From NCBI GenBank assembly GCA_002269645.1, contig NIVC01001678.1, forward strand, positions 124,001 to 188,000: a stretch of 64,000 nt of DNA, in the 5' to 3' direction. Positions 36,601-49,559 of the stretch are shown piece after piece. The stretch comes from Macrostomum lignano (taxonomy: Eukaryota). Position 1 is the stretch's first letter; each line of letters begins with the position of its first letter. Below the pieces are notes generated by a model. That model saw only the letters and a program-made list of their open reading frames with translations. It did no database searches and was not told where the DNA came from. The position numbers were made by a program, and so were the translations under genes.

Positions 36601-39600
36601 ATGCTTAAAAAATAAACTTACATTAAATACAGTATTTATTGCAAACAAACTCTACAAAACACATGTTGTCAATAGTAATGAAAGTGATAAACAAATAAAC
36701 CCTTATAAAGAATAAATATGTTGTAGCATTATAGAATATAATATTATAAAATATTAAAGTTAATAAATACATTATAAGAGCTTTTATATCATTTTTATTA
36801 GTCATTTTAGTTGCAATTTAATTTACCATTTTAACAAATCATTTTATTGAAAATAAAGCCATACATGAATAATTTATGCTTTTATAGATGTTTTTAACTT
36901 TTTAAAACCTAAATAAATTTATTTTATAGCTTTGTTGCTTTCAAATTACCAAAAAACTTGCCCCCAATGTTCAGATTTTGTCCTAGAGATTATAAACTAT
37001 GCCTATATAGCTATGTCTATATTAAAAGTATGTCTATATCTATAACTATAGTATTTTAGATATCTGTTATAAATATATATGTATAGTTGGTAGTTTTCTA
37101 GCTTGCTTTGCAATGTTATTTTTAAGTTTGAATTAGTGCCTTTAAGCATTTGATAGAGCAATTAAATTGATAGAAAAATAAATGAAACTATAGCTAGAGC
37201 AAAAGATAAGGCAATAAAAGTAGCAATAAATGGAGTAATATATTGAGCTAGAGCATATTCTGATACCATTCCCCATCCGTTTTAGCCATATATTTCATTA
37301 TCTCATGTGGTAATAGTAGAGCTCAATTGAATATAAATTTTAGGTTATACATGATTCAGTTTTTTCTGCTATGATTTTGTATGATTTATGGTCATTTTTT
37401 TCATTTTTAGTCAAAACTCAAAGAAGACCTTTTTTCTACTAAAGTGATGTTGCAACTTGGCAGTCACTTTTATATTTGTTTATTATATTAACAAAATATA
37501 ATGCAGGTAAAAATGGTTATCATAATGGTACACTTATAAAATAATTTTATAATTTTATACTTAGATATAATTAGTATATTGTGATTGATACTGTTAAATA
37601 TATAATTAATTATATTATATCATTACATACTATCTGCTATATACTAGTATATACTTTATGATGCTAAATACTAAACAAAGTTCCCTATATCATTTTGAGT
37701 TATTTATCATATTAACATATATGATGTATTGTTATCATAGTTGCATCCTGTACCTATAGCAAATAATATAAGAACTTAAAAGACCATATTGAAGCAAATA
37801 TAAAGGTTTTTATAGACAGCATCTGGCACACTTATAAAAATTTGCCTGCATTGCTATGTAAAAACCCTATTAGAGCATATTTAAAAAAGCTATAGATACT
37901 CCTTCTAGGTATGCAGGCATGCAATTAGTTTTAAGAAAAGGAGTGCAAGCATGTCATCAAACATCATTCAAAAATGAAAAATATAGAAAGAATGATTTGA
38001 ATTTTTCTATAAAAAGCTTCTTGTATAATTTATGTTTTTGTTTCATTAATATGTAACAAGCAAGCAGAATATATACAGATATAAAAATAGATGCAGATAG
38101 GCTATCGTACAAATTTTGATAGATATGACAGATATGATAGATATGGGAAAATTTGGTTATAGTAGAACTCTAATACTCTATCTACTTTTCACATGCCCCT
38201 TTATGTGTACCTTCGATATTCTTCCTAGGTTTTATTAATCAATGTAAGTGATTATTAAATGTTTATTATTCTCATTAAAAGTTTTTAGACTAGGCAAGGT
38301 CTAAAAAAATTGGACTATATGACATTGACAATAGTGCATGTCTATACTAAGTCTCAATTTTGTGCTTTGGTGTGATTTTCTGTTTGAAATTAATTACAGC
38401 TCAAAATATAAAAAAATCCCATGATCCCCCAACATGCACTGGCCAGCTGGGATCCCCAAATCACAGAATTCCATGATCCCCCATGGTCAGCTGGGATCCC
38501 CAAATCACAAAATCCCATGATCCCCATGGTCAGCTGCCCAGCTGGGATCCCCAAATCAAAAAATCCCATTATCTCCCATGGTCAGCTGGGATCCACAAAT
38601 CACAGAATCCCATTATCTCCCATGGTCAGCTGGGATCCCCAAATCACAGAATCCCATGATCCCCCATGGTCAGCTGGGATCCACAAATCACAGAATCCCA
38701 TGATCTCCCATGGTCAGCTGGGATCCACAAATCACAGAATCCCATGATCTCCCATGGTCAGCTGGGATCCACAAATCACAGAATCCCATGATCTCCCATG
38801 GTCAGCTGGGATCCACAAATCACAGAATCCCATGATCTCCCATGGTCAGCTGGGATCCAAAAATCACAGAATCCCATGATCTCCCATGGTCAGCTGGGAT
38901 CCACAAATCACAGAATCCCATGATCTCCCATGGCCAGCTGGGATCCACAAATCACAGAATCCCATGATCCCCCATGGCCAGCTGGGATCCACAAATCACA
39001 GAATCCCATGATCTCCCATGGTCAGCTGGGATCCACAAATCACAGAATCCCATGATCCCCCATGGTCAGCTGGGATCCACAAATCACAGAATCCCATGAT
39101 CCTATTGTAATAGTACACAACTAGCAAAAGATAAAAGTACATGTGGAATAATTTATTTGCTTCTACCTGCCCAATCCAAACAGCCACCAAAGTGACTGGC
39201 ACGGTGAAATGGTTCAACGTGAAAAATGGCTACGGTTTCATCAATCGACACGACACCAAGGAGGACATATTCGTTCACCAGACGGCCATCGCGCGTAATA
39301 ATCCAAAGAAATGGCAGCGCAGCGTTGGCGACGGCGAACAAGTCGAATTCGACGTTGTCGAAGGCGAGAAAGGCCAGGAGGCGGCCAACGTCACCGGACC
39401 AGACGGCGCACCTGTCAGGGGCAGCGCCTATGCCGCCGACCGCTACAATCCCAGGCAGCGGGGCGGCGGCCTCGGCTTCGGCCGGCGTGGCGGCGGTCCT
39501 GCAGGCTTTGGCGGCCCCATTGCCTACAATTACCTGGTTGAGCCGTATTATCAGCAGCCGCCAGTGGCGGCTCCGCCTCAGCAGCAGCTTGGCGGTCGGG

Positions 39601-41227
39601 CTGCCCCTGCGGCTCGCTCCGGTTCCAGATATAGCGTTAGTTTCCCGTGAACTTGCTTGTCTGTTTCTTTTGTGTTCTTTACCATCTCCTGTGTTTTTTC
39701 TTCACCCTCTCCTTCCGTGTGTTCTTTACCCTCTTCTTCTGTGTGTTCTTTACCCTCTTCTTTCCATGTGTTCTTTACCCTCTCCTTCCGTGTGTTCTTT
39801 ACCCTCTCCTTCCGTGTGTTCTTTACCCTCTTCTTCTGTGTGTTCTTTACCCTCTCCTTCCGTGTGTTCTTTACCCTCTCCTTCTGTGTGTTCTTTACCC
39901 TCTCCTTCCGTGTGTTCTTTACCCTCTTCTTCTGTGTGTTCTTTACCCTCTCCTTCCGTGTGTTCTTTACCCTCTCTTTCTGTGTGTTCTTTACCCTCTT
40001 CTTTCCATGTGTTCTTTACCCTCTCCTTCTGTGTGTTCTTTACCCTCTCCTTCCGTGTGTTCTTTACCCTCTCCTTCCGTGTGTTCCCCACCCTATCCTT
40101 CCGTGTCTTCTTCACCCTCTCCTTCTGTGTTCTTTACCCTCTCCTGTGTTCTTTACCCTCTCCTTCTGTGTGTTCTTTACCCTCTCCTGTGTGTTCTTTA
40201 CCCTCTCCTTCCGTGTGTTCCTCACCCTATCCTTCCGTGTCTTCTTCACCCTCTCCTTCTGTGTGTTCTTTACCCTCTCCTTCCATGAATTATTTACCCT
40301 CTCCTTCTGTGTGTATTTTCTTTACCCTCTCCTTCCGTGTCCTATTCAACCTCTTAATTGCGGTTAATTAATGATTTCCAATTTGTAAACTGACTGTTTA
40401 TTTACATTAAATACTTCAGTCCGAGCCTGTCTACCAATACGACTTCGGTTACTATGGCTACCAGCAGATGTTCGGCCCTCAGCAGCCGCAGCATCAGCGA
40501 TTTGCCACCTATGATTATTTAGCTCAGCCGCAGCCGTACCCGCACTTGCCAGTCTTTGGCTATCGCGGCGGCGGCTACGGCGTCGGCCGGGGTGGTCGCG
40601 GCGGCCGCGGCGGCGGTCGAGGCCGAGGCAGAGGCGGCGGACAGCTTCGTGGAGAGAACGCCGGATTTGGCAACAGCGCTGAGCTTCCCCAGAGTGTAAG
40701 TGTGGAAGAAATGGGGTCGAATTTTTCAGCCCAACCTCCAGGCCTTTCAGTAGACCCTAGCTGACCTTCAGGTCCTTCAGTAGACACTAGTTGACCTTCA
40801 GGTCCTTCAGTAGACACTAGTTGACCTTCAGGTCCTTCAGTAGACACTAGTTGACCTTCAGGTCCTTCAGTAGACCCTAGCTGACCTTCAGGTCCTTCAG
40901 TAGACACTAGCTGACCTACAGGTCCTTCAGTAGACCCATGTTGACCTTCAGGTCCTTCAGTAGACCCTAGCTGACCTTCAGGTCCTTCAGTAGACCCTTG
41001 TTGACCTTCAGGTCCTTCAGTAGACCCTAGTTGACCTTCAGGTCCTTCAGTAGACCCTAGTTGACCTTCAGGTCTTTCAGTAAACCCTTGTTGACCTTCA
41101 GGTCTTTCAGCACACCATTTTGGGTCTGAGCCTCTGATCCTACATAGTAAATATGTAAATTTATTCCTAATCAACTACCCTGAATTTTCAGGCTTCTCAG
41201 ACCGATGCCGAGCAAACAACGGTGTAA
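33682..41227 (+). CDS. YBX1: Y-box (cold-shock domain) RNA-binding protein
   Basis: Exons 33682-33775, 39184-39635, 40420-40695, 41192-41227; 858 nt = 285 aa. CSD: [35 protein letters not shown]...[27 protein letters not shown]; RGG repeats in the C-terminal region. The symbol denotes the family; orthology was not tested. Confidence 0.93.
33896..34162. mobile_element. GC-rich MITE, superfamily unassigned
   Basis: 15-bp TIR CCCTATTGCAGCCAA / TTGGCTGCAATAGGG; 8-bp TSD CTATAAGC at 33888-33895 and 34163-34170; CGCCG-rich interior. Confidence 0.85.
34494..34759. mobile_element. Degenerate copy of the CATACATGCGCAAC MITE
   Basis: Left tatacatgcacaac..., right gttgcgcatgtatg; no intact TSD. Confidence 0.5.
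35128..35984. mobile_element. hAT-like MITE (857 bp)
   Basis: TIR CAGTGTTGGGCACC / GGTGCCCAACACTG; TSD CTTATAAA at 35120-35127 and 35985-35992; many GTTAA/TTAAC subterminal motifs. Confidence 0.9.
36215..36511. mobile_element. hAT-like MITE (297 bp)
   Basis: TIR CATACATGCGCAAC / GTTGCGCATGTATG; TSD ATAGCATG at 36207-36214 and 36512-36519. Confidence 0.88.
38420..39100. repeat. 44-bp minisatellite at the 3' end of YBX intron 1
   Basis: CCCATGGTCAGCTGGGATCCACAAATCACAGAATCCCATGATCT, period 44. Confidence 0.95.
39690..40345. repeat. 24-bp minisatellite (GTGTGTTCTTTACCCTCTCCTTCC) in YBX intron 2
   Basis: Tandem units. Confidence 0.95.
40740..41110. repeat. 30-bp minisatellite (GGTCCTTCAGTAGACACTAGTTGACCTTCA) in YBX intron 3
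   Basis: Tandem units. Confidence 0.95.
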
Positions 41228-44200
41228 CAGGATGTAATCCAAGCCTCAGACAGGCAGACAGTGGCTATTTATATATGCTTGTTAATTATCCGATTGCTGC
41301 TGCTGCTAGACCTTAGATTTCTTTAATAGTTAAATTTTGGTGCGGCATTGCATTTGTCTCTATAACTTCATTTTGACGCGTAACAGCGACAGAGACGACT
41401 ACAAGCTCACACATAAGTAACGCATGTTGCATCCCTAACTGTTTTTTGTTTTTATTACACACAAGGACTACTCAATTAAGAAGTCGGGAAACTAGGTTTC
41501 TAGGATAATTCTAGGAGGCATTGCATTACGGAGATGATAATGATAATGGTAATGGCTTTTAGGCGCAGGACGTGTACGTAGGATATAAAATTAACATAGA
41601 ATCCTAATTTTCTGAACGCAAATCTTTATGAATATCGATAGATCAATAAGAAAGGCACAACATATTAAAATATAAACATTGGTTCTGCCTTCTATCGAAA
41701 GTAGTAACATATTTTGTGCTGAAAAAAATGAATACTTGCTATCTCCGTAGTGTACTTTTTCAGAAAAATACTCGTCTCTTAAAATTTTCCTAGAAATGTA
41801 GTTTTCGTCTTCTTACTTGAGTATTCCTTGATTACACAATGCTGCTGGATTCACTCTGTCATTTTGCTCAACTTCTGTTCGAGACAGGCGTACAATGTTT
41901 TAATAGTGATCCAGCCTTTCCTGTTCTGCCTCATTGTATTTTTTTCAATTTTGGCCTTCCCAACCCCCTGTTGGCGTTGCTGTCAATTTAGTCGTTTAGT
42001 TAATTACAGCTTAATAAGGTGATATTTATCTTAACAAACTACTGTCGCTAGTTAAGTAGTAGGTGGCTATGTTTTTCCTGGCCCTTAACGACCATTAATA
42101 TTGTGTATTAGTTTGTTTATTTAGTTCTGTTTACTTCTGTCTTACTTGATTGATTATCTTAGCTATAACTCGCTAACTTGCCATTGTGGGGCGCTTTTAT
42201 TTGTTTGTTTCATGTTAATTCTGTCATGTCTGTGTTTATATCTATTCATATATGTGTATTAATTATCAGCTTGTATTACTGCACTAATCATTATCATAAA
42301 TCAGAAGGAACAAGTCTGTAGCACCTTTATATCAATTGATTTAATTCAACATATCGTCATTAAAAATTAACAGCTGATTCTGATTCACGGTAGCTTATGT
42401 TAAAGTACATCGGTGTCGTCACGGACTCTGGTGCCGGCTGCTGTGCACTCACTCATTAATGGAATGATTTTTAAAAATTATTTCACTAGAAGTCTTCGAT
42501 TTTTGTGTTCAGAAATTTACATTTTTTGTCCACGTATTGAACAGGAATGCGTGCGCATGTACCTATTATTTATATATTTATTATATATTCTTATTCGATC
42601 AATCTTCCTTTGTATTTTGATTGCGCGATGCCTGTAATAACAACATAGATATTTTTTCTAGCATTACTTCCTATTTTATTAGTTAACAAAGCCTGGCTTA
42701 TTTACACTACTATGAGTAGTCCAGATTTTTTACACCGCATGCGGTTCAGTTTGCTCTGGCTTCTCTATTTTTACCGCCTTTTACTGAAGTAAAATTAAGT
42801 TTTACTAATGTCAGAGCCTGCTGATTTTTGTCATGTTAAGTTGGCATCTTTCAAAACATGAATTTGATTGCAGTGTGTCTATTTAGTTTCTAATGTAATC
42901 ATTATTCTTTAACCTAAAAATTTAAAAAAGTAGCTAAATGTTTTGTTTTAATGGCGTTGTCAATATTACTTGCGTATGATTAATTTAAGACTATAGTTAC
43001 TTTAACTCGTCTGTTGAATGTTTCTTTATGCTCAACGAAAACATTTTTACTTTTGTATGAAACTAATCCTACATAGTTGCTAACCCCTGTTTAGCTTGTT
43101 TGTTAAAATGATAATTTAATCCTTACTAAAATTCTTAGGTTTTCAGTAACTCCATGTATATGCTAATATTTAGGCCACATTTATAAGATTGTGTTAATTT
43201 TGTTGCTTTGAGTAGTTTCGCACATTTCAGCTAACACGGCACTCATTAAAAGGTCCGCAATCAGCGTTATGATTGTTCAGGTTGTCATTTTTGTCATTCT
43301 TTTTGTTTTCTGTTTTCGATTGATTTTGCTGCAGCCAGCTGCTAATTTTCCTAGCTGTAGTCTCAATTTTGTGCTTTGGTGTGATTTCTTTCTGTTTGCA
43401 ATTAATTTCAGCCTAAAATATAGAAAATTCATGTTTTTGAAATTTATAACGTCTTTATAACGTGACCTTGTTTCTTTCTGCTTCAACTACGAGCGGTCGT
43501 AAATATAATTAGATAACAAATATTATTTAAATTAATGCTACCCGTGGTGCTAATTGCCCAATATACTTGTTAATTACTTGTCAAGTCATTGCTAGATAAT
43601 TATTTACATGCATATTCAAGGACGACTAAGTAGAAGTAGAATAACCAAAAGAATTAGAGGCTAAGGTTTGCGCGAAAAATACGCAATAGAAATGCATGTA
43701 AAACGAACTTGGTTGAAACAATTCATTTTTAACTTTCAAGAAATGAAGTTTCCTATCCTAAGGCTATATCAAGATACACCGAGATTGGCAATACAATACA
43801 TTTCACATAACTGATTCTTAAATTTCTCAGTGATACTAAAATTCGCACTTATTGTAAATTCGTTAACTCATTTGTAGTACGCGCTAAAATCTACGTTTAA
43901 GCTAGGCAATTAAAGAAATCTGTATTAAACCTGGAGCTTCTCTAGTGTTTTCTGTCTCTAAGGCATAAGTAAACATCGACACGAGTAAAAGTAAATGAAA
44001 AAGCGTTTTTCTTCTTCGTATATGCAAATACTTGTCTTTGTTTTTAAATATATATGTATACTAATTTCAACTTTGTATTTTTGACTTAAAAAAAATTATT
44101 GCTTAATGAAGCAGCAGTTTCTTATACTGAAGAGCAGAAAATTTGAGTTACGATTATTGTGCATTTCGTCGGCGCGCGCGACTCTGATATTAATATTCTA

Positions 44201-44343
44201 CCGATTAATTGTGTGATTAAAAGACTGCTTGAGAAATAAACTATTATCAAATATTGACGAATTTTTACTGTTTCAAAACGTGGTTTGGTAGAATATCGCA
44301 ATTTGTTGTTTCAATTTTTTATATTCCTTTAATTAAAAGTAAA

Positions 44344-47300
44344 ATGGAGTGTTTAATTGGCATTCAGTTCAATGATTACGTTTTGCTAGCTGCTGATTGC
44401 AATGGAGGCCGATCAATTATTTCAATGAAGGATGGTGAGTTTCTGAAATAACGATTTTTTGTTTGCTTTTATGTTACAATATGAATCAATCAAATCTACA
44501 TCATTCAAGACTTTTTAATGTTGGCATTTAATTATTGTCTCTGACATGCCATTAAGTAAGTAGACCTGTTAGTATAGGACTGTAGTGAAGTTATTTTTTA
44601 GTTATTTTTTCATTTAAAAAATCTTACTTGCCTAAGTAAATGCAGCAATCCTACACTTCCATTCAGTAAATTATTTTGACACTGAATTTTGAACAGGCGT
44701 GTTAAATAACAATGTAACCAAACAAAACTGAAACAGTGGAACATGGTAGCAGTCTGTTAGAGTGCATAGAGTCACTTAGAGTGTGTCTGCAGGTCATTAA
44801 GGTGTCTACAATGGATAGTAATGTCCAATACAGTACAGGATAGCCCCAAATGGACATTGGGGATACAGACGACGCCAGAGGAATTCCTCAATGTGTATGT
44901 CAAAGAGAGTGTCGCTCGTGCCATGCATGTTGCAGCTTTGTGCTTCGCGTGGGCCCATGTGCCCTCCACAGTGTTGGTTTGGACTGTTGGGTCCACTGGA
45001 TCTACGAAGTGCAGCCGATAGTTCACCAAGACATGGTTGGGTAGACCAGCGTAAACTGACGCTAGTTGCTTGGGTAAACTGACACCCCCTTAAACTCTTT
45101 TCGCTCAAACTTTTGGCCATAGACACATTGCCAATCAACGTCATTTGACTTGGTGGTACGAATTCAAATGTCAAAATAATTTATCAAATGGAAGTGTAGG
45201 ATTGCCATAAATGCTAAAAAACACCTTAATTTTACAAAAAACATTTCAAAAAAGTCTTGAAAATTTTTATAAACTTTTGTAGCATGCAAATATACAATGT
45301 TTCTTTTTGGCACATTAAAATTTACTTGTTATATTGCATTATATTTCATTTTTACATAAAATGAAAGAGAATTTGTATAGTCTAAAAAGTCAGTGATAAA
45401 CTTTTTGCTTTTTAACAATTAACAATAATAAAACTTGTGTAAATTATTGCTAAGAATGTAAATTTTGCATTCTCTTTTCTGTAGGTTTAATTTAAGTTTG
45501 TTTAAAATGAAAATATTCATAATATTTGAAAGACTTTTTGTACAAAAGCCTTTCTTAAAAAACCCTACTCGTGAAAACCAAATGACCTTTTTAGGAGGAA
45601 TTTTTGGCATACATTTTAGGGAATTTTTTTGTTTTTGACATACACTAGCATACATTTAGCTAGGATAGGATTCTTGTTCTGGCATACACTACTACATGAT
45701 CCAAACTATGGGCCATAGCATGCCAATGTGCCATTTTTGGCATGCAATACCCAAATATATGCCAATGCATGCTACAGTTTTAGGCCAAACTATGTATGCC
45801 TTCCAGACTATAGGCCATATCTAGCATGCTTTAATGATGAATCTTATAAAATTCTATTCAGCATATAGAAAAAATTCCTTGCATATATATCCTATATATA
45901 TAGCGACGCAAAGAGAAGCACAAACAAAATGATGTCTAGCTAGTCTTTGTATAGCATGCAAATAACAAAGCAGTTATACCATATTGAAAGGTAAATTTGA
46001 AGATAAAATATGTCTATTTAATTAGGGTCTGCTGGTCTTTTTGAAATGTTTTATGCTTAAATAAATTGTTGATTGTCTTATATATCATTGCAATGGTCTC
46101 AAGGTTTAGGTTATCTTATCTCTATATTCTTTTAGCTTTGTTTGATTATTCTCAAATGTTTCTTAAATGCTACATATTTGTATATTTGCTATCCCAAATT
46201 GGCATATTAACATAACTTTATTATAGACCCTAATCAGGGTTTAGAAATTTCTGGCATACTTAGTATATACTTAAACTTTTGCCTAAAAACTTTAACATAC
46301 TAACAGTAGTATATATATAACTATGTATATAACTACCATCCCAAAAAATTCTAATTGAATAGTGCATATTCAAAGAAAATCATTTAAGCCATTTTTCTCT
46401 AATTGATCATATAGTCTATATAGATACCTACTTACCTACCTACTAAGTACTGTCTTGGTCTGAACAAGCTGAGTGCCTGTTGGGTCCCACAGCTATTGCA
46501 GCCTGAACACCAGGCCCAACACACTGAGTGCACTATCAACCTGCTGAACTGCTTGGATGCTGATTTAGAAAACTTTTATTAGCACTTAGTGACTGGGGAT
46601 AAAGCATAGATATTTCAGTACAATCCCAAGTCCAAGGTCCAATCCAAGGAATGGCTGCCATGAGGTTCAGCAGGCCCCAAGAAGTTCTATGCAGAATGGT
46701 CTATAGCAAAAGTCTTAGTGACCATCTTCTGGGATGTTGAGGGAATGGTGATGGTGGTTGATAGACTTCTTAGAAAGCCAGAACTCCATCAATACTGCCT
46801 ATTGTAAGTTGTTTCTATGAAAGCTCCACTCTGAACTGGCCAAAAAGTGACCTGGCAAGCTGCACCCTGGTATTCTCTTTTGCCACGACAATGCACCAGC
46901 TCATACTTCTCAGTTCTGTCATGAAGCCTTATGAAATTTCTGCTGGGAAATCCTATAGCATCCTCCATATAGCCTTGATTTGGCTCCTTTGGACTTTTTT
47001 GTTTCCCAAGCTAAAGAAAGCAATCAAAGAAGCTGCCAAAAGGCTATTGTAAGCGGCTTGCTGCATAGCCTCCCGAGTTCTACACAAACAGCCTAGAGAG
47101 ATGGCAATACCACATGGAAAAGTGCCTGACCCTGACCCTGGAGAGGACTATGTAGAAAAGTAGATTACTGTTTTAAGTTTGACACTTGTGAGAACAAAAT
47201 TATCATTACTTTTTGACTACTTGGCCTTGCAACTAAATTTATACACTATTTCTGTTTATATATTAACCCTATATTAACCCTTGCTTAAAGATTTCTAATC

Positions 47301-49080
47301 TAATCTTTATATTTAATCTTGAATAATTAGTATATACATAATCAACAGCATAGTCAAATTTTTTCAATGTAAATATATTTTTTATCTAATTAATCATCAA
47401 ATTTAAATTGAATTTGTTAAGGTTATTTAATATGGCTATGTCTAGTGTCTCAATCTAATGAACTTTGGTGCTGCTTCAAGTTTAATGCATATTTCCTAGA
47501 AAACTTGGTATAATGTGCACTTTGTTAAAACACATGTAGAGATCTAGGTCTAGGTCATATTTATGCATATTCAATTTTAATTCTGTAGCAAAATGTAATA
47601 AAGTTTAATCTCAACTAGAGTTCTTAATCTCATTTTGGTATTGAAGTTATTGTACTATTGGCCTGTGTTTTGCCTTGGGTCATGAAAAACAGACATTATT
47701 TATACACAGAACTATATAGAGATGGTATGAGGTAGAAACCAACTATACATCATTTGAATCCTGTCTGACCCCTCCTAGATGTGGACAAAATGTTTCGCCT
47801 ATCGGAGCGACTGGCCATCATTGTGAGCGGCGAGAGCGGAGACACAAATAAATTCGCCGAATTCATCGAGCAGAATGTGCAATTGTATAAGATTCGTCAC
47901 GGCTACGAATTGTCGCCCTACGCGGCGGCTAATTTTACTAGGCGAAATCAGGCGCAGAGTCTGCGCTCCCGTTCGCCTTATTTTGTTAACATGCTGCTAG
48001 CGGGATACGATGCCAATAAGGGCCAGCCTGAGCTGTATTACCTGGATTACCTGGGCAGCCTGATGAAGCTGCCTTTCTCTGTTATTGGCTATGGCGGGTA
48101 CATGTCACTGTCTGTGCTGGACAGGTGCGTGTTTTGTAAAATCTTATTAATCTTTGCTAGTATGTCAGATTTGTTTGGCCTTTGGATCTTTGGGTGGGGT
48201 TGTAGCTATTCGCTTCAGGATCTTTAGGTAGGGTTGTAGCCATTTGCTTCAGGATCTTCAGGTAGGGTTGTAGCCATTCGCTTCAGGATCTTTAGGTAGG
48301 GTTGTAGCCATTCGCTTCAGGATCTTTAGGTAGGGTTGTAGCCATTTGCTTCAGGATCTTTAGGTAGGGTTGTAGCCATTCGCTTCAGGATCTTTAGGTA
48401 GGGTTGTAGCCATTTGCTTCAGGATCTTTAGGTAGGGTTGTAGCCATTCGCTTCAGGATCTTTAGGTAGGGTTGTAGCCATTCGCTTCAGGATCTTTAGG
48501 TAGGGTTGTAGCCATTTGCTTCAGGATCTTTAGGTAGGGTTGTAGCCATTCGCTTCAGGATCTTTAGGTAGGGTTGTAGCCATTCGCTTCAGGATCTTTA
48601 GGTAGGGTTGTAGCCATTCGCTTCAGGATCTTTAGGTAGGGTTGTAGCCATTCGCTTCAGGATCTTTAGGTAGGGTTGTAGCCATTTGCTTCAGGATCTT
48701 TAGGTAGGGTTGTAGCCATTCGCTTCAGGATCTTTAGGTAGGGTTGTAGCCATTTGCTTCAGGATCTTTAGGTAGGGTTGTAGCCATTCGCTTCAGGATC
48801 TTTAGGTAGGGTTGCAGCCATTCCCTTCAGGTAGAGTTGTAGCCATTCCCTTCAGGTAGGGTTGTAGCCATTCCCTTCAGCTAATCCACTCGCCCCCCTT
48901 AATCCCAGGCACTACCGACCGGACATGGCTGAGGCGGACGGCATCCGCCTATTGCGCACAGTGATCAGCGAAATCCAGAAGCGCCTGGTGATCAGCCTGT
49001 CCAAATTTCGTGTACACCGCGTGGATCGCAACGGCGTCACCCAACTGGACGACATCGAAAGCAAGCTGGTTACGCCTTAA
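44344..49080 (+). CDS. PSMB2: Proteasome subunit beta type-2 (beta4)
   Basis: Exons 44344-44434, 47779-48124, 48909-49080; 609 nt = 202 aa. [73 protein letters not shown]. Confidence 0.97.
44644..45206 (-). mobile_element. Merlin (IS1595/ISXO2-like) transposon, internally deleted
   Basis: ~44-bp imperfect TIRs (gcaatcctacacttccatt... / ...aatggaagtgtaggattgcc); 8-bp TSD GTAAATGC / ATAAATGC (one mismatch); frameshifted transposase C-terminus [23 protein letters not shown]...[18 protein letters not shown]. Confidence 0.8.
46470..47200 (+). pseudogene. Degenerate Tc1/mariner transposase fragment in PSMB2 intron 1
   Basis: Broken frames give WVPQLL, VTGDK, TIFWD, HDNAPAH and HPPYS.DLAP..DFF.FPKLK, the mariner DD34D catalytic motifs. 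Confidence 0.8.
48200..48880. repeat. 34-bp minisatellite (TTCGCTTCAGGATCTTTAGGTAGGGTTGTAGCCA) in PSMB2 intron 2
   Basis: Tandem units, period 34. Confidence 0.96.
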
Positions 49081-49559
49081 CTTTGCTGGATTGAACCACA
49101 GGAGTTTTACATAACCACAAACTAGCCTAATGTTTGTTATATGCTACTAATAGTAAGCCGGTCCGTGTTTTCTTCTGTTCTCTTCTTAAATAACTAGATG
49201 AGTTTGTACTTGTAATCGCATATGCAGTTAAAATGCTGTCTTTGTCTGTCAATCTCTGCCCATATTGATAATCTTTAAGCTACCATCTTCAATTTTCAAA
49301 GCTCCCGAGAATTAATTTTTACAAATATTCAGTTTTCGGGTCAGAAAGTACTTTTGTTTGTACTCGATTGCTTTTGCCAATTCAATTATATGGTAAATAG
49401 AGTGCAAAAGTCCAAGCGTGGTTACAAAATATTACTAGAAAATTTAATGACACTTAACAAGCTCACTCAACTTTAACATTGTAATTAAAAAATTGAAATA
49501 AACTTGTTTTAGTTTTTTATTTCAACAAATTTAAGGGCTTTTGTGTATTAAATACTGAG

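Noticed and set aside
48200-48880. TTTAGGTAGGG as interstitial telomeric repeat
   Set aside because: It is part of a 34-bp unit, not tandem TTAGGG or TTAGG.
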